Shown in pieces: positions 14,882 through 21,624 of a DNA stretch of 39,757 bases (position 1 is the first letter of the stretch; every line of letters begins with the position of its first letter). This DNA is from a virus. The notes under the pieces are model-generated. The model did no database searches. It saw only the letters and a program-made list of their open reading frames with translations, and was not told the DNA's origin. The position numbers and the translations under genes were made by a program. The stretch is from positions 1 through 39,757 of IMG/VR virus record IMGVR_UViG_3300022933_000001; one strand, 5' to 3'.

Positions 14882-14901
14882 AAATAGTGCATTATAAGTG
14901 C
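14882..14901. promoter_or_regulatory. GGGCATTATAA motif copy B
   Basis: AAATAGTGCATTATAAGTGC, exactly 30 bp after copy A. Confidence 0.4.
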
Positions 14902-15146
14902 ATAGCCTATCTCGCACACAATCGAGTACAGGGCAGTCGTAAGTACAGTCAGACAAAGGACTTAGGACGATTGACGTAAGTCTAGTGTTTACAAGGGGTT
15001 AGGACTGAATCTGCGTTCGTCCTTAATGTGGGTACTCAGTAGGGTTACGCGTCAAGGCTCTTAGAACGGCTCTAAATGCCCTTAGAGCGCAAGCGTAACC
15101 CTAGTGCCTGTAACGACTTAGGACGGCTAAAACAGAGGACGCAGGA

Positions 15147-15306
15147 GGGCAGGGCAGGCTACTGTTGAGACTCAATCTCATTAAGAGTCGAGACAATGAC
15201 TGTTGAGACCTAGTCTCATTAAGACACCCCCGCCTGCCTGCCTGTACTCTTGAGACTCAATCTCATTAAGGCAAGAGCCGTGTTGTTGCGACAGAGTCTC
15301 AACAAG
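15147..15306. repeat. cluster of four hairpin-forming repeat units flanked by GC-rich complementary arms
   Basis: Direct units CTGTTGAGACTCAATCTCATTAAG (15162-15185), CTGTTGAGACCTAGTCTCATTAAG (15200-15223) and CTCTTGAGACTCAATCTCATTAAG (15247-15270). One inverted degenerate unit lies at 15282-15306. The arms are GGGCAGGGCAGGC (15147-15159) and CGCCTGCCTGCCTG (15231-15244). Confidence 0.85.
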
Positions 15307-15500
15307 ACCCTGCGGGGCTACCCCTATGGGGGGAACGGCGCGTTCCATCCATATATATACCCGCTCACATTTTTCTGCAATTTTTGGCGGTCACTCCATA
15401 CCCTTTAGGAAAACAAAACAAACCCGATGGGAACCCACTAGCTCCAAGGTATTTCCCTGTGAGCGAGGCGGGGAGCGAGAATAACTCTCAGCTCATGGAG

Positions 15501-15520
15501 GGACTTATAATGCCCAATAG
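15501..15520. promoter_or_regulatory. GGGCATTATAA motif copy C (reads on the - strand)
   Basis: The reverse complement is CTATTGGGCATTATAAGTCC. It lies about 250 nt downstream of the terL stop. Confidence 0.4.
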
Positions 15521-15768
15521 ATTCTGTGAAACGAAGTATATTTCCTCATAATCACATTACCTTTTTACTTTTTCTTTAGGGGAGGTGGTGGGAGGATTAC
15601 TCTAAGGTACTATAGAGTACCTACTACCTACTTCCTTTTCTCCCCTAACAGGGAACTAAGGGGCTGTAGTGACTCTCTATTATACTTAGAGAACTCTGTC
15701 TACCGCGCATATGGTCTAGCGTACCACACTTTTTTGTCTTCTCTAGAGGAAGGGAAGAAATATTTTTC

Positions 15769-17433
15769 TTACATCCATGAGGACTTGTTATTGGTATATC
15801 CAACAGCATTCTCCATGAACTTATCTAGCTCTATCTGTAGTCTTTCAGCCTTATCTTCCTGCATACGCTCTTCTACGTCTTGCCCTACAGCTTCTACCCA
15901 ATAGTGAGCTGCCATAGACATAACTTCTAACCTGTCGTCGTGAGCTAATGCTCCTCTAGCTGTGGTTATTCTTGTGAGTTGGTGGAAGAGCCTATACTGA
16001 GGAGCTTTCTCAGGAGGTAGGTGCCTAGTAGAGCTATAATCATTCTCGATTACTTCAGGAGATATAACGATTCTGTGTTGATTTAATAGAGGTTCTAAGG
16101 TCTCAATGATTCGCCGCTCCTTCTGAGTGGAGTGTCGTACCTCAGAGAGGGTGACAGGGTATATCTTCTTAAGGTATGGTGTGAGTAGTTCATTGAACAT
16201 ACCATCGCCGAAGTTAGATTCCACCTGTATCTCTTTGACCTTGTACTTCTTCGCTAGTTCTGCTAGAGCAGTCAGGGTTTCCGTAGAGTATCCCCCCGCT
16301 ACCCCTGAGCATTCGTGGACATACAGGAAACCGTTGAGCATCGACATGATACAGTAACCTGTTTCGTCACTACCACGACCTGAAGGGTCGATGGTCATTA
16401 CAGTACCACGGTATGGTATAAAGTCACCATCAACAGCGAGGGGTCTATAGAAGTAGTCCCCGCTAAAACCGACAGATGGTAGGTCCTTTATGACCCTCTC
16501 AGCACTATTGGAGTGTATGACACGCTCAGGTGCTACCTCAAGGTCTATCTCCATAACAATGAAGTCCTGTAGCTTGAGAGGATACCTATTAGCATCCGAC
16601 AAGCTAGGGTCAAGCATGAATTGCAACGCAAAGCCTGAACGACCATAGGATAGCTCACGTTCCACTAGGTCATCCTCATCGAAACGCTTAGGGTCTACAG
16701 GTTCCCCCTCTAATGACGGGTCCTCTGTAATCTTATCGAGGATATAAGGGGCTAAGTGAGAACCGTATGCGGCTACTTTGTCGCTTTTGGGATATCTTCC
16801 TGTCCACACACGAGGTATGTAACCCCTAGCAGGTAAGACTTTGTATAAAGACATCTCTGTTTGGTACGTCCCTAGATACCTTACCTGTCCATTAGGCTTG
16901 AGAATGGAGTCAAATTCCTTCACGAGGTTACCTAACTTGTCCCTCATGCCCTGAGTTTCGCTATTATTTAGGGACTCCACGTCGTCTGCCACAATCAGGT
17001 CCGCACGAGAACCTGTTAGCTGTCCTGTGATTCCGACCGCCTTCACAGAGGGGGCGTGTGCCGCAGGGGCAGGACCAACATCGAAGGCTATCTTGGAATC
17101 TCTCTGCTCAGGTCTAGCCTTCAGATGCTCCAATATTGGCATCTCATTGATTAGACGTTGAGTGAAGGTAGAGAAGTCATCCGAGCGGTTCTTAGATGCT
17201 GACACCACTAGGATGTTTAGAGATGGGTCTAGTAACAGCCGCCAACAGACGTAGGCAGAGGTTAGGTATGACTTACCTACACCGCGGTACGCAAGAATGA
17301 TTTGTCTTCGGGGTCCGTCCTGTAGATATTCAGATATATCATACTGTACAGGCGTAGGCTCGGGGAGACCTAAATGCTCCCATGCCATGTATACGAAATT
17401 CCTAAAGTCCCTCAGCTCTTTAGGGATTTCCAT
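15769..17433 (-). CDS. terL: terminase large subunit (T7 gp19-like, 554 aa)
   Basis: Walker A-like YRGVGKSY, Walker B LIVADDVES, and a C-terminal nuclease region with acidic motifs. The size is typical. Confidence 0.93.
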   Translation of the reverse strand: MEIPKELRDFRNFVYMAWEHLGLPEPTPVQYDISEYLQDGPRRQIILAYRGVGKSYLTSAYVCWRLLLDPSLNILVVSASKNRSDDFSTFTQRLINEMPILEHLKARPEQRDSKIAFDVGPAPAAHAPSVKAVGITGQLTGSRADLIVADDVESLNNSETQGMRDKLGNLVKEFDSILKPNGQVRYLGTYQTEMSLYKVLPARGYIPRVWTGRYPKSDKVAAYGSHLAPYILDKITEDPSLEGEPVDPKRFDEDDLVERELSYGRSGFALQFMLDPSLSDANRYPLKLQDFIVMEIDLEVAPERVIHSNSAERVIKDLPSVGFSGDYFYRPLAVDGDFIPYRGTVMTIDPSGRGSDETGYCIMSMLNGFLYVHECSGVAGGYSTETLTALAELAKKYKVKEIQVESNFGDGMFNELLTPYLKKIYPVTLSEVRHSTQKERRIIETLEPLLNQHRIVISPEVIENDYSSTRHLPPEKAPQYRLFHQLTRITTARGALAHDDRLEVMSMAAHYWVEAVGQDVEERMQEDKAERLQIELDKFMENAVGYTNNKSSWM

Positions 17434-17651
17434 TATGCTTCTTTAGCTTCTGTGAAGGGAAGAGCCTTAACTAAGTTTAGCATAGGTTTACTCTCTTCCA
17501 CTACTACAGTCACATCGTTATCCTTCAAGAACTTAACAGCTACAGAGATTTCAGCCGACGTTGCTTCGCCTGAAGCAATGCGGTCTAAAAGCTCGGAGGC
17601 TACGTCTACATGAAGTTTTTCTAAAAGGGACTTGATATCGGGGTTACTCAT
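17433..17651 (-). CDS. terS: terminase small subunit candidate (T7 gp18-like, 72 aa)
   Basis: Internal ATG 17651 gives MSNPDIKSLLEKLHVDVASELLDRI.... The stop overlaps the terL ATG (TAATG). The longer track ORF from 17789 runs antisense into the neighbouring gene and is rejected. Confidence 0.55.
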   Translation of the reverse strand: MSNPDIKSLLEKLHVDVASELLDRIASGEATSAEISVAVKFLKDNDVTVVVEESKPMLNLVKALPFTEAKEA

Positions 17652-17660
17652 AGTTATAAT
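17632..17660 (+). promoter_or_regulatory. near-consensus sigma70-like promoter facing the late (+) operon (TTGATA-17-TATAAT)
   Basis: Plus-strand read: cTTGATAtcggggttactcatagtTATAAT. The -35 lies inside the terS coding start. The -10 lies in the 55-bp divergent intergenic region. Confidence 0.5.
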
Positions 17661-17706
17661 GTGCGAACTACACCCCTGTAGTATACCACAACTCAATCGA
17701 ATCTCT

Positions 17707-18720
17707 ATGGGTATTACCCCCGAACAATTCAACAAAAATGTCGAAGACATGAGAGTTGAAATGAAACGTCTAAAATCTGAGGTACGCAAGGCGTATAATA
17801 AGTTATCTAAACAGCAGTCTACAGAGGCTTTGATTCAGGAAGCCGTAGACGATGCTCTCGCAGGCATTAAGCTGTACCCTGCCCCGACCCTACGAAAAGA
17901 GAAAAAGACCAAGAGAAGCCCTAGGAACGCTCCTGAAGCGTGGCTGTGTCTCTCGGATTGGCAGGTAGGGAAGGTGACAGAGACCTATAACTCCAAGATA
18001 GCGGCTAGACGTATCCATCAGCTAACCAATCAGGCGGCTGAACTACTCCGTAAAGAGAAGCCCAAGGTCCTACATATCGTCCTGCAGGGTGATATGGTAG
18101 AAGGTGAGGCTATCTTCGCGGGGCAGCCCTTCGAGATTGACGATGACCTATGGACACAATCAGTCAAGTCAGTACCCAAGCTAATTACTCATGTCATTAC
18201 CAAACTATCCCCTCTCGTCCCTAAAATTAAAGTGGCAGCAGTTCATGGAAACCACGGTCGTTCAGGCTTTAAGGGAGGAGGACATAGCAGAAAGACAAAT
18301 TGGGATTTGGTATCTTACAATACTGCCAAACTTATGTGTCAGGTTGCGGGGGTTAAGAATATGTCTTGGGACATTTCTGAAACGTGGTACGTTAAGCAGA
18401 AAGTAGCAGGAAACGGCATCCTATGCGTGCATGGGGACCAAGTTGGGGGTGGAAACCCCTTCAACGTGAATGCAATATTCAAGAAAGCTATGGGGTGGGC
18501 GCATAATATAGAGGATTGGAAGTTCCTTAGCGTTGGACACCACCACACTCACGCATCAGGAGAACTAAATCGTGATGTATACTTCTTCCTAAGCGGTAGC
18601 CCTGAGTCAGGGAACGAGTTTGCTAGAGAAAGATTAGCTCAAGGAGGACTAGCAATGCAGCGAATGTGCTTCTTCGACCGTAAAGGACTAATTTCAGAGC
18701 ATTTATTGAAGATGAACTAA
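17707..18720 (+). CDS. calcineurin-like metallophosphoesterase (337 aa) with a charged coiled-coil-like N-terminal extension
   Basis: Motifs appear in order: LSDWQVG (variant of DxH), QGDMVEGE (GDxxE/D), VHGNHG (GNH), VHGD and GHHHTH (GHxH). The track start at 17632 is a TTG that coincides with a -35 box. Confidence 0.78.
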   Translation: MGITPEQFNKNVEDMRVEMKRLKSEVRKAYNKLSKQQSTEALIQEAVDDALAGIKLYPAPTLRKEKKTKRSPRNAPEAWLCLSDWQVGKVTETYNSKIAARRIHQLTNQAAELLRKEKPKVLHIVLQGDMVEGEAIFAGQPFEIDDDLWTQSVKSVPKLITHVITKLSPLVPKIKVAAVHGNHGRSGFKGGGHSRKTNWDLVSYNTAKLMCQVAGVKNMSWDISETWYVKQKVAGNGILCVHGDQVGGGNPFNVNAIFKKAMGWAHNIEDWKFLSVGHHHTHASGELNRDVYFFLSGSPESGNEFARERLAQGGLAMQRMCFFDRKGLISEHLLKMN

Positions 18721-18908
18721 TGGATAAAGAGTCTTTTCCTAATATAACTAAAAAACAAGTCGAGGCACTTGTTGAACTAATCCCAAAAGAATTACCCTCT
18801 CTACTAGATACTGACAGAGAGATATGGTATAATGTCGGAAGGCAGTCTGTGGTAGACCTCTTCCTTGAGATATACCGTATTCAGAACGAGTCTATTCTAG
18901 ATAAATAA
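18720..18908 (+). CDS. hypothetical protein (62 aa)
   Basis: The ATG overlaps the upstream stop (TAATG). Late-operon strand. Confidence 0.5.
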   Translation: MDKESFPNITKKQVEALVELIPKELPSLLDTDREIWYNVGRQSVVDLFLEIYRIQNESILDK

Positions 18909-18910
18909 CT

Positions 18911-19012
18911 ATGTCAGCTTTTTCAACTTATATTAAAGATTTCGGCACAAAGAATGCCGCTACTATCCTTTGGTTTACCTTAGGCTTACTACTTGGGGCG
19001 TTTGTACTCTAA
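18911..19012 (+). CDS. possible 33-aa single-pass membrane peptide
   Basis: ATG 18911 gives MSAFSTYIKDFGTKNAATILWFTLGLLLGAFVL. The stop overlaps the next ATG (TAATG). It is too short for the ORF track. Confidence 0.35.
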   Translation: MSAFSTYIKDFGTKNAATILWFTLGLLLGAFVL

Positions 19013-19197
19013 TGTGTATGGGTAGCGCACCAAAGATGCCTGAGATTCCTGAGGCTCCACCTGCTCCTGAGCCACCTGAACCGCTTGCCCGTAAGGTAGA
19101 AAACCCTGAAGCGGCAGGTTCAGATGAGTTTGGAAGACGTAGGCGAGGTAAAGGTTCTCTAGTTATCCCACGCAGGGGATTAAGTATACCTAGCTAA
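19012..19197 (+). CDS. small Pro/Glu-rich, Arg-tailed protein (61 aa)
   Basis: ATG 19012 gives MCMGSAPKMPEIPEAPPAPEPPEPL...GRRRRGKG. The stop overlaps the portal ATG. The track start at 18970 is a non-ATG extension. Confidence 0.45.
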   Translation: MCMGSAPKMPEIPEAPPAPEPPEPLARKVENPEAAGSDEFGRRRRGKGSLVIPRRGLSIPS

Positions 19198-20756
19198 TGC
19201 CTGAAGCAGACGTAGTAACCGCACAGGTATGGTATGAGAAGCAGCAGGGTAACCGTGCGCCATACTTAGACCGAGCGCGAGAGGCTTCAAAGCTAACCAT
19301 CCCAACGCTTGTAACAGCAGAGGGAGATGTGTCAAGTCAAAAGCTTAAGACCCCTTATCAGAGCGTAGGCGCGAGGGGTGTTAATAACCTCAGCTCCGCG
19401 CTACTGATGAGCTTACTTCCACCTAACGCTCCCTTCTTCCGTCTAGCACTAGATGAGAAAGCGAAGGCAGAGATGGAAGGTGTTGAACAGGTAAAGACTG
19501 AAGTAGCCACCGCACTCTCTGAGATGGAACGTAATATCCATAAAGAGATTGAGGGTAATAACTTCCGAGTAGGATTGTTTGAAGCCCTGAAGCACCTGAT
19601 TGTTTCAGGTAACGTACTACTCCAAGTACCTAAGGAAGGACACATGAGAGTGTTCCACTTAGACCGTTTCGTGATTACACGAGACCCGATGGGAAATGTC
19701 GAGCGTATCGTAATTAAAGAAGATATAGCTAAAGACCAAGTACCCGAAGATGCCAAGCCATCAGAAACACCCTCAGACGTTGATACTGTCAGCCTGTATA
19801 CCTCCATAACTACCATTGATTCTAAAACTGTTGAAGTGTATCAAGAGATTGGCGGCATCCGTTTGGGGGGTTCTGAAGGCACTTACCCTAAAGATAAGAA
19901 CCCATTCTTGGCTCTGCGCCTTAACCGCATTGATGGTGAGGATTATGGTCGTGGTTATGTCGAGGAATACTTAGGAGACTTAGAGTCTCTTGAAGGATTG
20001 ACTCAAGCTATTGTTGAAGGCTCAGCCGCGTCAGCTAAGTTACTATTCTTAGTAGCTCCGAACGGCACAACAAGAAAGTCTCGCATAGCCTCTGCGGCTA
20101 ACGGGGCTATCATTGACGGCTCAGCAGGTGATGTATCTGTTCTACAGACACAGAAACACGCTGACTTCCGTGTAGCCTTTGAGACTATCAATCAGATTCA
20201 AGAACGCTTGAACTACGCATTCATGCTCACTGAAGCAGCTATCCGCAAGGCGGAGAGAGTAACTGCTGAGGAAGTACGTTTAGTGACGCAAGCCATCGAG
20301 CGTCAGCTCGGAGGAATCTACTCAGTTCTGTCACAAGAGTTCCAATTACCCCTAGTTAAGATTGTCATGCAACGTATGCAGTCTGCAGGACGCTTACCTA
20401 AGATGCCTAAGAATATGATTCACCCGATGGTGGTGACAGGTATCGAAGCATTAGGAAGAGGTAACGACCTCAATAAACTAGACAGCTTTGTTGCAGGTAT
20501 CGGACAGATACTTGGACCTGAAGCTGTACAACAGTTTGTTAATATATCAGAGTACCTAGACCGTAGAGCGGCGGCACTTGGTATAGATACTAAGGGACTA
20601 ATCAAGTCACAGGAAGAGCTACAACAAGAAGCTCAACAAGCCCAACAGCAGGCAATGATGCAGCAGTTAGGTCCTAAGGCGATGGATGCAGTTACTGACT
20701 CCGCGCAACTCCAACAACAACAACAAAACCAAGCCCCTCCACAAGAGGGCGAATAA
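19197..20756 (+). CDS. portal (head-to-tail connector) protein, T7 gp8-like (519 aa)
   Basis: YQSVGARGVNNLSSALLMSLLPP matches the conserved gp8 N-terminal motif. The position and size fit, and the C-terminus is Gln-rich. Confidence 0.9.
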   Translation: MPEADVVTAQVWYEKQQGNRAPYLDRAREASKLTIPTLVTAEGDVSSQKLKTPYQSVGARGVNNLSSALLMSLLPPNAPFFRLALDEKAKAEMEGVEQVKTEVATALSEMERNIHKEIEGNNFRVGLFEALKHLIVSGNVLLQVPKEGHMRVFHLDRFVITRDPMGNVERIVIKEDIAKDQVPEDAKPSETPSDVDTVSLYTSITTIDSKTVEVYQEIGGIRLGGSEGTYPKDKNPFLALRLNRIDGEDYGRGYVEEYLGDLESLEGLTQAIVEGSAASAKLLFLVAPNGTTRKSRIASAANGAIIDGSAGDVSVLQTQKHADFRVAFETINQIQERLNYAFMLTEAAIRKAERVTAEEVRLVTQAIERQLGGIYSVLSQEFQLPLVKIVMQRMQSAGRLPKMPKNMIHPMVVTGIEALGRGNDLNKLDSFVAGIGQILGPEAVQQFVNISEYLDRRAAALGIDTKGLIKSQEELQQEAQQAQQQAMMQQLGPKAMDAVTDSAQLQQQQQNQAPPQEGE

Positions 20757-20760
20757 AAAC

Positions 20761-21504
20761 ATGGGTGAAACTCAATCAGTAGAAGTTCCTTTCGAGGAAA
20801 CAGGCTCTTTAAGTCCTGAACAACAAGCTAACGAAGCTCAAGCTGCCGAAGTTATTTCGGAAGTGGCTGAGACTGAAGCAGCGGCAGACCGTCCTGATTA
20901 CCTTCCTGAGAAGTTCAATTCTCCTGAAGAGATGGCGGCAGCCTATAAGGAACTAGAAGGCAAGTTAGGTACTCCAACAGAGGAAGCCCCCGCGATTGAG
21001 GGGACCGTTAGTAATAATGATATGCAGTTCTACTCTGACCGCTTTGCTGAGAATGGTCAGCTAGAGGAATCAGACTATGCAGGTCTAGAAGCTAAGGGCA
21101 TATCTAAAGACATGGTGGATAACTACATTGCAGGGCAGCAGGCAATGATTACCCAACACACACAGACTGTATTCAGTCAAGTCGGAGGCGAAGAGCAATA
21201 CACAGCTATGACTCAATGGGCTTCCGAAACATTCTCCGCTGAAGAGGTTGCCGTGTTTGACGCGGCTGTTAATTCAGGAGATATGAACCAAACAATGAGT
21301 GCGGTAAAGGGCTTACAAGCTCGTTACAAAATGGAGAACGGCACTCAACCAAACCTAATGCAGGGTAAGACAGGCGGCTCAGGAGTTATAGCTTATTCCT
21401 CTCTAGCAGAAATGAAGAGAGACATGGCTAATCCTAAGTACGCTCAAGACTCTGCATTCCGCGAGACTGTAAAACGCAAGCTCGCAAACTCAAACATCAT
21501 GTAA
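20761..21504 (+). CDS. scaffolding protein, T7 gp9-like (247 aa)
   Basis: Acidic, Ala/Glu/Gln-rich protein between the portal and capsid genes. ATG 20761 lies 5 nt after the portal stop. The track start at 20686 overlaps the portal gene. Confidence 0.7.
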   Translation: MGETQSVEVPFEETGSLSPEQQANEAQAAEVISEVAETEAAADRPDYLPEKFNSPEEMAAAYKELEGKLGTPTEEAPAIEGTVSNNDMQFYSDRFAENGQLEESDYAGLEAKGISKDMVDNYIAGQQAMITQHTQTVFSQVGGEEQYTAMTQWASETFSAEEVAVFDAAVNSGDMNQTMSAVKGLQARYKMENGTQPNLMQGKTGGSGVIAYSSLAEMKRDMANPKYAQDSAFRETVKRKLANSNIM

Positions 21505-21624
21505 GTGATGTTGCAGAACTAAGTGTAAGTGTTTAGCCCTTTACGAAGGATAACTCTACAACCTAAGCAGTGTTCTATTTCTAACTAATTTTTCTTTTAA
21601 CGACATAACCCACAGGAGTTTTAA

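Noticed and set aside
15162-15270. The three direct 24-nt repeats as a mini CRISPR array
   Set aside because: There are only three direct copies and they are imperfect. The gaps of 14 and 23 nt are far shorter than spacers. No cas genes or leader are present. The units are themselves hairpins embedded in a larger inverted-repeat structure.
14055-15768. tRNA or other classical RNA gene in the long non-coding region
   Set aside because: On either strand I found no GGTTCGAnTCC-type T-loop with a matching acceptor and anticodon-stem arrangement. Reading by eye cannot fully exclude one, so tRNAscan/Infernal should be run.
17632-17789. Long N-terminal extensions of the phosphoesterase (TTG 17632) and terS (ATG 17789) ORFs from the track
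   Set aside because: The two extensions overlap each other antisense by about 160 nt and encode implausible Cys/Ile/Leu-rich peptides. Internal ATGs at 17707 and 17651 give sensible N-termini and leave a 55-bp divergent promoter region.
20686-20760. Upstream start of the scaffold ORF at 20686, and likewise the start at 334 for the 439-915 gene and at 18970 for the 19012-19197 gene
   Set aside because: The extensions overlap the preceding genes out of frame. ATGs immediately after, or overlapping, the upstream stop fit the tight coupling seen throughout the operon.
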